Positions 1 through 9,400 of a DNA stretch of 64,000 nt are shown piece after piece. The DNA is from a bacterium. GTDB lineage: Bacteria > RBG-13-61-14 > DATKZS01. Both the position numbers and the translations under genes were made by a program. Position 1 is the stretch's first letter; every line of letters starts with the position of its first letter. The notes below the pieces were generated by a model that saw only the letters and a program-made list of their open reading frames with translations, had not been told where the DNA came from and did not search any database. The stretch is from NCBI GenBank assembly GCA_963674965.2, contig CAXXFL010000004.1, forward strand, positions 352,001-416,000, given 5' to 3'.

Positions 1-8
1 TCCTAAAC

Positions 9-2591
9 GTGGGGCTGAACAAGCAGACCCTGCAGGGCATCATCGACAAGACGGGCAACCCCAGGTTCGGCTGGGACTCCTACCGCCGCTTCATCCAGAT
101 GTATACCAACGTGGTCATGGGGGTCTCGGGCCACGAGCTCGAGGAAATCCTCGAGGGCTTCAAGAAAAAGAAGAAAGCCCTGCGCGACGTCGAGCTTTCG
201 GCCGAGGACCTCGAGGAACTGGTCGAGCTTTACAAGAAACGCCTGGGCGAGTTGGGGGTGACCTTCCCCGAGAAGCCCATGGACCAGCTATATGGCGCCA
301 TCGGGGCCGTGTTCGAGTCCTGGAACACCCCCCGCGCCATCACCTACAGGAAGCTCAACGACATACCCGAGGACTGGGGCACCGCCTGCAACGTGCAGAG
401 CATGGTCTTCGGCAACATGGGCGACAGCTCGGCCACGGGCGTGGCCTTTACCCGCGACCCGGCCACCGGGGAGGGCAGGTTCTTCGGCGAGTGGCTTCCC
501 AACGCCCAGGGGGAGGACGTGGTGGCGGGCATCCGCACTCCTTACCCCATCAACCAGAAGAATAAAAAGTCAGACAAGGACGTCTCACTCGAGGAGTACA
601 TGCCCAGCGCCTACAACCAACTGGTGCGGATTTACAAAAGGCTCGAGAAACATTACAGGGACATGCAGGACATCGAGTTCACCATCCAGGAAAAGAAGCT
701 TTGGATGCTTCAGACCCGGGTGGGAAAGCGCACCGGCTTCGCCGCCGTCCGGATGGCGGTCGAGATGTGCGACGAGAAACTCATCGACAAGCGGGAGGCC
801 GTGAAGAGGGTGACGCCCGAGGCCCTGATCCAGCTTCTGGCGCCCATCTTCGACGTCTCGGAGAAGAAGAAGTCCATATCCGCGGGCAAGTTCCTGGCCA
901 AGGGACTGAACGCGGGTCCCGGCGCCGCCACGGGAAGGGTGGTTTTCTCGGCGGACAAGGCCGCGGCCCAGGCGAAAAAGGGTCCCGTCCTTCTGGTCAG
1001 GCTCGAGACCAGCCCCGAGGACATCCATGGAATGGCCGTGGCCCAGGGCATACTCACCGCCAGGGGAGGAATGACCTCGCACGCCGCCCTCGTGGCCAGG
1101 GGCATGGGAAAACCATGCGTGGTGGGATGCAAGGACCTGGACATTAACTATAAGGCCAACAAGATGACCGTGGCGGGCAAGACCGTCAAGGAGGGAGACT
1201 GGCTCTCCATCGACGGCACGACCGGAGAGGTGCTCCTGGGCCAGCTTAAGACTTTCCCCTCCGAGGTGGTCCAGGTCCTCATCAACAAGAAGATTAAACC
1301 CGACAAGTCGGTGGTGTACCAAAACTTCGAGAAGATACTGTCCTGGGGCAACGAGTACCGGAGGCTGGGAGTGCGCTGCAACTCGGACACGCCGGCCGAC
1401 ACCGAGGCGGGAAGGCTCTTCGGCGCCGAGGGCATCGGCCTTTGCCGCACCGAGCACATGTTCTTCGAGGGCAACCGCATCGACGCGGTGCGCGAGATGA
1501 TCCTGGCCGACGACGCCGCGGGCAGGAAAAAGGCCCTGGCCAAGATTCTTCCCATGCAGAAGAAGGACTTCGTCGGCATCTTCAAGGCCATGCCGGGAAT
1601 GCCCATAACCATACGCCTTCTCGACCCGCCCCTCCACGAGTTCCTGCCCCATGAGGACAAGGAAATCAACGCCCTGGCCAAGAAGATGAAGGTGGGGCCC
1701 GCCCAGTTGAAGGCCAAAGTGGCCCAGCTTCACGAGTTCAATCCCATGCTCGGGCACCGGGGATGCAGGCTGGCCATCACATATCCCGAGATTTACAACC
1801 TCCAGGTAAGGGCCATTATGGAGGCCGCGGTCCAGGTCAAGAAGCTGAACAAGATCGACCCCAAGGTCGAGATCATGGTACCACTGGTGGGACACCCGAA
1901 AGAGCTGTCCATCCTGCGGGAAAGGTCCGAGGCCATCATAAAGGAAATTCTCGAGAACGCGGGACTCCAGATAGACTATCACATCGGGACCATGGTCGAG
2001 CTGCCAAGGGCCGTCATCGCGGCCGACAAGGTAGCCGAGCACGCCGACTTCTTCAGCTTCGGCACCAACGACCTCACCCAGACCACCCTCGGCATGAGCC
2101 GGGACGACTCGGGGTCCTTCCTGCCCGATTACGTGGACCAGGGAATATACCAGCATGATCCCTTCAACACCATCGACCAGGAAGGCGTGGGGCTCATGAT
2201 GGAACTCGGCATCGAAAAGGGAAGAAAAACCAACCCCAAGCTCAAGATAGGCATCTGTGGCGAACACGGCGGGGAAACCGAGTCGGTGGTCTTCTGCCAT
2301 AAATTGGGACTCGACTACGTGAGCTGCTCCCCCTACCGCGTGCCCGTGGCCATTATGGCCGCGGCCCAGGCGGCCCTCGTCGATATGGTCGAGAAGAAAA
2401 AAGAAGAACAGCGCGAAAAGGCCAAACAAAAGGCCAAGGTCAAAAAAGCCGCCGAGGCCGCTAAAAAACAGGCCAAGAAAAAACCGGCCCGGCCGCTTCG
2501 TTTCCCGCCGGCCGCCAAGAAAGCCCAGGAAACCAAGACGGCCAAGCCGGACAAGGCGGACAAGGCGGACAAGGCGAAAAAGAAAAAATAA
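9..2591 (+). CDS. ppdK: Pyruvate phosphate dikinase (5' end outside window) with a Lys/Ala-rich C-terminal tail
   Basis: Motifs NAQGEDVVAGIRTP, GGMTSHAA (phospho-His), GIGLCRTEHMFF, FSFGTNDLTQ, GICGEHGG; reading frame is open from the window edge. Confidence 0.97.
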   Translation: MGLNKQTLQGIIDKTGNPRFGWDSYRRFIQMYTNVVMGVSGHELEEILEGFKKKKKALRDVELSAEDLEELVELYKKRLGELGVTFPEKPMDQLYGAIGAVFESWNTPRAITYRKLNDIPEDWGTACNVQSMVFGNMGDSSATGVAFTRDPATGEGRFFGEWLPNAQGEDVVAGIRTPYPINQKNKKSDKDVSLEEYMPSAYNQLVRIYKRLEKHYRDMQDIEFTIQEKKLWMLQTRVGKRTGFAAVRMAVEMCDEKLIDKREAVKRVTPEALIQLLAPIFDVSEKKKSISAGKFLAKGLNAGPGAATGRVVFSADKAAAQAKKGPVLLVRLETSPEDIHGMAVAQGILTARGGMTSHAALVARGMGKPCVVGCKDLDINYKANKMTVAGKTVKEGDWLSIDGTTGEVLLGQLKTFPSEVVQVLINKKIKPDKSVVYQNFEKILSWGNEYRRLGVRCNSDTPADTEAGRLFGAEGIGLCRTEHMFFEGNRIDAVREMILADDAAGRKKALAKILPMQKKDFVGIFKAMPGMPITIRLLDPPLHEFLPHEDKEINALAKKMKVGPAQLKAKVAQLHEFNPMLGHRGCRLAITYPEIYNLQVRAIMEAAVQVKKLNKIDPKVEIMVPLVGHPKELSILRERSEAIIKEILENAGLQIDYHIGTMVELPRAVIAADKVAEHADFFSFGTNDLTQTTLGMSRDDSGSFLPDYVDQGIYQHDPFNTIDQEGVGLMMELGIEKGRKTNPKLKIGICGEHGGETESVVFCHKLGLDYVSCSPYRVPVAIMAAAQAALVDMVEKKKEEQREKAKQKAKVKKAAEAAKKQAKKKPARPLRFPPAAKKAQETKTAKPDKADKADKAKKKK

Positions 2592-2619
2592 GCCCGGCCC
2601 GCGTAAACCGTTCCTGAAG

Positions 2620-2647
2620 CGGAGCGGCTCCGGGCCGCTCCGTTTTT
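2620..2647 (+). terminator. Rho-independent terminator after ppdK
   Basis: CGGAGCGGC-tccgg-GCCGCTCCG stem followed by TTTTT. Confidence 0.8.
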
Positions 2648-2690
2648 ACTTCGATACGGGTCGAGGGGACCCCTGGAGGATTGCCGATAG

Positions 2691-3485
2691 ATGAGGGCCC
2701 AAAAAAATATCAGCCAAAGGCAGTGGGGCAAGAGCGAGATATCCGGTGGGAGGCACGCTTTCAGAATCTCTCTTCTGGTGGAGGAAATATCGAGATTGCC
2801 CTCCCCCTCCGGCAAGGCCCTTGACGCGGGCAGCGGAGACGGGACGCTCACGCTCGAGCTTTTGAAAATGGGCCTTGCGGTCTCCGCAGTGGACGCCTCG
2901 ATCGATTGCCTCGAGCGGCTCCGTGAAAACCTGGCCCTGGCCGGAGAGGACATGGAATCCCCTTGCCCGCGGGTCACGATCGATCAAGCGGTCTTGACCG
3001 ACCTTCCCTTTCAGGACAATAGCTTCGACCTCGTGGTCTCCGGCGAGGTCCTCGAGCACGTCGAGGACCACCAGGCCGCCGCCGCCCAGATTGCCAGGGT
3101 CATGAAGCCCGGCGCCGCGCTGGTGGTCAGCGTTCCCGCCAACCCCGACCTCTTCAGCGTCGAGGACGAGTGGGCCGGGCATATAAGAAGATACGAGAAA
3201 AACCAGCTCGAGGATATCTTCAGCCGGGCGGGACTCGAGACCGTAAGGCTTTATCACTGGGGCTGGCCCGTCACGTATCTTTACGTCCGGCTCCTTTTCG
3301 TGCCGTGGCTGAAGCTGAGGGCGAAAAAGGGTGACCCCGACCGGAGCCGGGCCAAGAAAGCCGCCTCCCATCCCGCGGCCGTGAGGATCATGTCGGCCTT
3401 CTTCTCCATCGACCGCCTCTTCCTGGGACTGCCCTGGGGAATCGGACTTATCGGGGTCTTCAGAAAAAAAGAAACGCCGGAGTGA
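2691..3485 (+). CDS. Class I SAM-dependent methyltransferase
   Basis: LDAGSGDG motif I; LPFQDNSFDLV..EVLEHV; ARVMKPG; GHIRRY. Confidence 0.9.
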   Translation: MRAQKNISQRQWGKSEISGGRHAFRISLLVEEISRLPSPSGKALDAGSGDGTLTLELLKMGLAVSAVDASIDCLERLRENLALAGEDMESPCPRVTIDQAVLTDLPFQDNSFDLVVSGEVLEHVEDHQAAAAQIARVMKPGAALVVSVPANPDLFSVEDEWAGHIRRYEKNQLEDIFSRAGLETVRLYHWGWPVTYLYVRLLFVPWLKLRAKKGDPDRSRAKKAASHPAAVRIMSAFFSIDRLFLGLPWGIGLIGVFRKKETPE

Positions 3486-3520
3486 AACAATCCACCCCGG
3501 CGAGAAAAAAGCTCTCCAGA

Positions 3521-4369
3521 TCAGGTCTGGGTAAACATGGGGGTGTCAACCATGTGCTCCATGATGTACCTGCTGGTGCTGCCCATCAGGACCTCCCAAA
3601 TCTTCGAGACGCTGTGAATACCGATCACCGCCAGGTCTATGCCCTCCATGCCGGCGTAGTTCACTATCGCCTGCCCCGGGTTGTCGCCGTGGAGTATCTT
3701 GGACTTGACCGACATGCCGTGAACGTTGAAATATTCCTCGATCTCGGCGGGGAACTTCTTGCCGCCTCCGTTGTTGTGCTCGGGGGAAGCGTGAACGAGA
3801 TGGATTTCCGCCCCCGGAAAAGGATTGAGATGAACGTAGTTGAATAAAAGGCGGTCCGACAGCCGCTGAAGATCGAGCGCTATCATCACCTTCTTCACTT
3901 CTTTCTTCTTCTCGCTGGCCAGCATGAGGGGACGAAAGGAGCGGGCAAGCACCTCCTCCGCCGCGTTGCAGAACTGCCCGTCCGGAAGACCGCAGGTAAA
4001 ACGCGTCCTGCGGCCCATGATCACCAGGTCGCAAAGGGTCGAGTGCTTGAGTATCTCCTGGGTGGGGCTTCCCTCCACCAGGGACGCCTTGTACTTCACG
4101 CCGTGTTTCTCGCATATCTTGACCAACTGGTCCCGGGCCTTCTCCGCGAAGCCCTTGGCCTCGAGTATGGCCTTCTCGTAGTGCTCCTTGCCCGACGAGC
4201 CGGCCCCGAGGGGACGGGGCGAATGGTACGCCGTCTCGATGTCATAGGTGTCGGCTATCACCATCCCCAATACCTTGGCCTCGTGTATCTTCGCCAACTC
4301 GCATGCGTGCTCGGCCGCGCTCTCCGCGTACTCGCCATCGTCCATGGCGACCATTAACTGCTTTATCAT
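3521..4369 (-). CDS. Universal stress protein (tandem USP domains)
   Basis: KQLMVAMD, G-P..EI..DLVIMG, DLAVIG...LMGSTS..I signature. Confidence 0.9.
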   Translation of the reverse strand: MIKQLMVAMDDGEYAESAAEHACELAKIHEAKVLGMVIADTYDIETAYHSPRPLGAGSSGKEHYEKAILEAKGFAEKARDQLVKICEKHGVKYKASLVEGSPTQEILKHSTLCDLVIMGRRTRFTCGLPDGQFCNAAEEVLARSFRPLMLASEKKKEVKKVMIALDLQRLSDRLLFNYVHLNPFPGAEIHLVHASPEHNNGGGKKFPAEIEEYFNVHGMSVKSKILHGDNPGQAIVNYAGMEGIDLAVIGIHSVSKIWEVLMGSTSRYIMEHMVDTPMFTQT

Positions 4370-4661
4370 GAAAGAAATCCTCCTTAACTCGCTGCTGGGA
4401 GAATTATAGTTAATCTTTTGGACGGGAGCAAATGCAAAAGGTCAAGACCGGGCCGAAATAACCCCCGCCGCGCTTTTAACCGTTTATTAAATAGGCAAAA
4501 TCATGTTTGACAGACTAAGGCCGCGCCTTTATAATATGCAGAGCACGAAAAAATATACATTCGCGGACAAGCGGCCCAAGGCCGCCTCAACCGGCCGCGA
4601 AACGGGCGCTTCCAAGCAACGAAACGCCCAAATAGAGCGCTTTCCAATGAGGAGGTTACTT

Positions 4662-5999
4662 ATGCTGATGCGAAACGTTACAAGGGCTCTTTCCTATCCA
4701 TTCCAGATGATAGCTTTGACGGCTCTCGCCGCCGCGCTGGCTTTGCCGGCGCCGGCCTCGAGCGAGACCTACGCCCGTCCCGGCCAGGCCCGGGCCCACA
4801 TGGCCAAGGCCGCCAAGGCCGCCAAGGACGGCGAGTGCGAGGTCATGCGCTCGGAGCTGGCCGAGGCCGCCCGCCATGGCGTCTCCGTCGATCCCGGCGT
4901 GGCCCGGGAGTGGGGCTTCAAATGCGGGGTCCCCCTTAACGACGGCGTGTACTACTCGATGAACCTGACCAGCATGTCCGTCTCCGAGTCCGGAGAGGCC
5001 GCCGCCGCCGCCACCGCCGACGGCAAGGTCTTCATCTTCGACCTCTACGAGTCGAGGAGCGTGGCCCACTGGAACACCGGACTCTCCGAGGTCAAGAGCC
5101 TCGACTTCGCCCCCGACGGGTCCATGACCGCCGCCGGAGGCGACAAGTCGGTCGTCGTCTTCGACCCCAGGTCCAGGCGCGAGGTTTGGCGCGCCGAGAT
5201 GCCGGCCTTCGTCGACCAGGTCCGGTTCTCCCCCGACGGCAAGGCCCTGGTCGTGGGCATGAACAAGTTCACAGGAGGATCGGACGCCGGCATCAACCTC
5301 GAGGGCTTCGTCTCCTATATCAGCCTCCGCGACCCCGCCAGGACCGTGGACATGAAGTCGGTCTCAGGAAACCCCGCCGTGCTCGCCATTACCGCCGACG
5401 GGCAGCGCATCATCGGACTGTGCTGGTCCAAGAGGTACAGCTTCAGCACCGTCGCCAGCGTCCGCGTATGGGACGCGGCCCAGGGCAACCTGATACTCGA
5501 GCGCGAGATCAGGTCCTCCACCATGTACCCGGCCCACATCTCGAGGGACGGGAAAATCCTCGCCTACTCGAAGCTGCGGGACGAGGCCATCGACGCCAAC
5601 CGCAAGACCCTCGACCGGGAGGGGAGGATCAAGGACCCCTCCAAGTTCAGGACCTCCGCCTGGCTCCGCGACAAGGACTCCTACCAGGCCGTGGCCCAGG
5701 ACGTCTTCGGGGGAGGGGAAACCCCCATCATCAGCGGAAAGTACCTCCTCGGAGTTGACGACGCCGGAAAGTACGCCGCCGTCATCGACGCCAAAGGAAA
5801 CGCCCTCTTCGAGGAAATCGGCGTCGGACGCGTGTTCGACGTCAACGTCGAGTCCGGAGCGCTCGACGGAGCGGAAAAGCCCCTCGTCTCCATCGGCAGC
5901 GGGGTCATGGTCTTCGGAGCCACCAACGACGAGCTCCAAAGGTTCGGATGGCTGCGAAACGAAATCCCCTCCCCGAAAAAAGTCGCCGGCGCCATGTAA
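4662..5999 (+). CDS. Secreted WD40/beta-propeller protein
   Basis: GAGGAGG RBS before ATG 4662; signal-like hydrophobic stretch; repeats SLDFAPDG, VRFSPDG, VRVWD, ISRDG. Start chosen by RBS (ORF track begins at 4503). Confidence 0.75.
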   Translation: MLMRNVTRALSYPFQMIALTALAAALALPAPASSETYARPGQARAHMAKAAKAAKDGECEVMRSELAEAARHGVSVDPGVAREWGFKCGVPLNDGVYYSMNLTSMSVSESGEAAAAATADGKVFIFDLYESRSVAHWNTGLSEVKSLDFAPDGSMTAAGGDKSVVVFDPRSRREVWRAEMPAFVDQVRFSPDGKALVVGMNKFTGGSDAGINLEGFVSYISLRDPARTVDMKSVSGNPAVLAITADGQRIIGLCWSKRYSFSTVASVRVWDAAQGNLILEREIRSSTMYPAHISRDGKILAYSKLRDEAIDANRKTLDREGRIKDPSKFRTSAWLRDKDSYQAVAQDVFGGGETPIISGKYLLGVDDAGKYAAVIDAKGNALFEEIGVGRVFDVNVESGALDGAEKPLVSIGSGVMVFGATNDELQRFGWLRNEIPSPKKVAGAM

Positions 6000-6017
6000 A
6001 CCCCAAACCTACCACCC

Positions 6018-6048
6018 AACGCGGGCCCACCCGGCCCGCGTTTTTTTT
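6018..6048 (+). terminator. Rho-independent terminator
   Basis: CGCGGGCC-loop-GGCCCGCG followed by T8. Confidence 0.85.
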
Positions 6049-6321
6049 AAAAAGGCCTCCTCCATTATCGCCGCCCCTTCACGTCCTCCCTATTATCGGT
6101 ACGTTTTCCGGCCAATTGTGCTCGATCGCGCGCACGGGCGCGCAAATCCGTGCTCACATATAAACTACCGTTATTATTATATAATCTCGGTTTTGATCGA
6201 AATATCGGCCTGATTTTGTGCATGGGCGTATACAAATCGTAGAAAATCGCGATTTTTCCATTTTGGGCCAAATCGAGGAAATGGAAACCGTTACGGACAC
6301 TTCCGGCATTATCGCGAAAAT

Positions 6322-6336
6322 TGGCATAAAATTTGT
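6322..6336 (+). promoter_or_regulatory. Possible sigma-54 -24/-12 promoter for the giant surface protein
   Basis: TGGCAT-N5-TTGT, departs from the TGGCAC-N5-TTGC consensus including at the -12 C. Confidence 0.25.
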
Positions 6337-6427
6337 TTGTAATTCCTCGGGTTGGCGTCTATAATATAAACGGATCCAAAGACCTGCTAAAAGAAAATAA
6401 TGTCTTAGCCGCCCCAAGGAGGAGGAA

Positions 6428-9400
6428 ATGAAAACGCTCCCGATCTCGGCCAGGCAAAGGAAGATTAAATCTCTCATCCTATCCGCTCTCGTCTGCGTAA
6501 TGGCGGCGTTGCCGTTGCCGGCAGGCGCGGCCACATGGTACGTGAGCGCCACCACGGGAAACGACGCCACCGGCGACGGGTCGCAATCGGCGCCCTTCGC
6601 GAGTATCCAGTACGCCATGGGCCAAGCCTCGAGTAGCGACACGGTCCTGGTGGCCGGCGGGACCTACAATGAAACGGTAGAGGCCAAAGGCAACGTTAAA
6701 GTTTACGGAGGTCACGATCCAATCACGTGGGAAAGAAATCCTCTCGTCTTCAGGACGGTTATTGAAGGAGGTGGATTAAAATATTTTTCGTCTCATTGCC
6801 TTTTTGACGGATTCGTAATACAAAACGTAAATACTGGTTTATATGTCAAGAATAGTGGTTATGGAGCAATAAGCAATACAATCATCCGTAACGCGATCAA
6901 AGGCGTTAATATTGAAGCGACAGGGAATTATTTTTCGAATATGCTTATTAAAAATTCCCTTATTATCGGCAATGAATGGGGAATAGATACTAATCCAAGC
7001 TTGTACATTGAATGCTTTGAAGGTTATTGCGACCCTCATCACTCATGTCACTATTGGGGTTGCGAGTCTACCTTCTATAGTATTGGGTGTACAGGAATTT
7101 ATGGGGATAACGTTACAATTACGGACAATTCGAATCTTGCCTGGCTTACTCGATTTTCCGATGCGTGCTCGGCGCCAAATGGCGAGTATTGCAGTGGTAC
7201 CGCCGTGGGTTGGTTATCCGTAAGAAATTCCATATTGTATGGTAATGAAGCCGGCATAGCGGGGAATGGATCGCTTGGAGGCGACTACAATATACTCGAC
7301 CAAGACCCGTTATTCGGCGATACTTCACTGGGGGATTACGGCCTCCAATCGACTTCCCCCTGCATTGACGCGGGAGACACGGCCGAGAGTTACAAAGACC
7401 CCGACGGCTCGATAAACGACATTGGCGCCACGGGCGGGCCGGACTCGATATTCTTCGACGGCGACTACGACGGCATGCCCGACATATGGGAGGAATACTA
7501 CGGCCTCGATCCCGCCGACCCCTCCGACGCCGCCGGAGACCCCGACGCGGACGGCCTGACCAACTACCGCGAGTATCTGGCATGGAGCGATCCCGGCGTC
7601 CAGGACAATCCTTACGATACCGATAATGACGGCTTTAGTAATTGGGACGACAACTGCCCGGATCATTATAATCCAGGCCAGGAGGATGACGACACCGACG
7701 GAATAGGCGACGCGTGCGATTATGATTATGACTCAGACGGTGACGGCATGCCGAACGTGTGGGAGAACGATCATGATTGCATAATGGCGGACACGGTGGA
7801 CGCCGCTGAAAATCCCGACGGAGACGCGGTCACCAACCTGGAGGAATACCAGAATGGAACGGACCCTTGCGCTAGTAACGAATGCAGTGATGGGTTGGAC
7901 AACGACGGAGACGGCCTATCCGACCTTGACGACCCCGGCTGCGACGACCTCGCCGATGAGAGCGAGCGGGGAAGCAATATCTGCGACAACGGAGTCGACG
8001 ACGACGGCGACGGTTTGACCGATTATCCGGACGATCCGGATTGCTCGGGACCGGCGGACTCGAGTGAGTTATTAATAATCACCCCCACGCTTATAGGATC
8101 GTATGACACTCCGGACGAGGCCTGGGACGTGATGGTCGTGGGCGACTACGCCTACGTGGCGGACGACGGGGCCGGACTGCATATTATCGACGTATCGAGT
8201 CCGTCAAGCCCCGCCTTGATCGCAACTTACGATACATACCGTGCCCTTGGTATAAGCGTATCCGGTAGCCACGCCTATGTGGCGGACGGCACGGATGGTT
8301 TAAAGATAATAAATATTTCCAACCCATTCAGTCCTTATTTAGAGGGGGCGTATGACACGGCACAGGCCATAGGCCTTTACGTCTTGGGAGATTACGTATA
8401 CGTAGCGGTGCATGCATCAGGCCTTCAGATCGTCGACGCGTCCAATCCGGTCTCTCCAAGCCTTATAGGCGCTCTCAACACTTCCGGTTATTCATGTGAC
8501 GTTTGCATAGCGGGAAATTACGCTTACATGGCCGACGCGGAGGCCGGCCTGCAAATCATCGACGTCTCCAATCCCTCTTCCCCCACCCTAGTGGCCACCT
8601 ATGATACTCCCAACTACGCGCGCGGCGTTTTCGTCTCCGGTAACTACGCTTACGTGGCCGACCGCGACTCGGGTCTTCAGATTATCGACGTGTCCAATCC
8701 AGCCGCCCCAACCCTCACGGGCGCCTACAACACTCCAGGGTCGTCCAACGACGTTCAAGTTATAGGCGATTACGCTTTAGTAGCCGACGACTCTTCCGGC
8801 CTGCAAATAATCAACGTCTCCGACCCAGCCAATCCCGCCCTTGCGGCATCATATGACACCAGTGGAAGTTCCAGGGGCGTCTACTATGAAGGCGGCTACG
8901 CCTACGTGGCGGACGGCGCCGCCGGACTGCAAATAATAGCGCTTAATTTGCCGGCGCCAGATGAAGACGGCGACGGCCTTGGCGACGACGTGGACAACTG
9001 CCCGACCGTATCAAACCCCGGCCAGGAGAACGCCGACGGGGACGCCCTCGGCGACGCCTGCGACGCGTGCCCCAACGACGGAGACAATGACGCGGACAAC
9101 GACGGGGTTTGCGGGGACGTGGATAATTGTCCCGCCGTCTCGAACGCTGATCAATCCAATATTGACGGCGACGAGTATGGCGACGCCTGCGATAGTGACG
9201 CCGATAACGACGGCACCGACGACGGCTCGGACAACTGCCCTGGCGTTTATAACCCCGATCAGGGCAACATGGACGGAGATACCTTTGGCGACGCCTGCGA
9301 CGACGACAACGACGGCGACGGCATGCCCGACGCGTGGGAAAACGAGTACGCCTGCGTCAACGCCGAGTCCTTCGACGCGGACGCCAATCCCGACGGAGAC

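Noticed and set aside
585-2429. Long antisense and alternate-frame ORFs (e.g. 585-2429, 18128-19978, 35030-36295, 42930-44303, 58166-59458)
   Set aside because: Typical high-GC shadows of recognisable genes with no family motifs.
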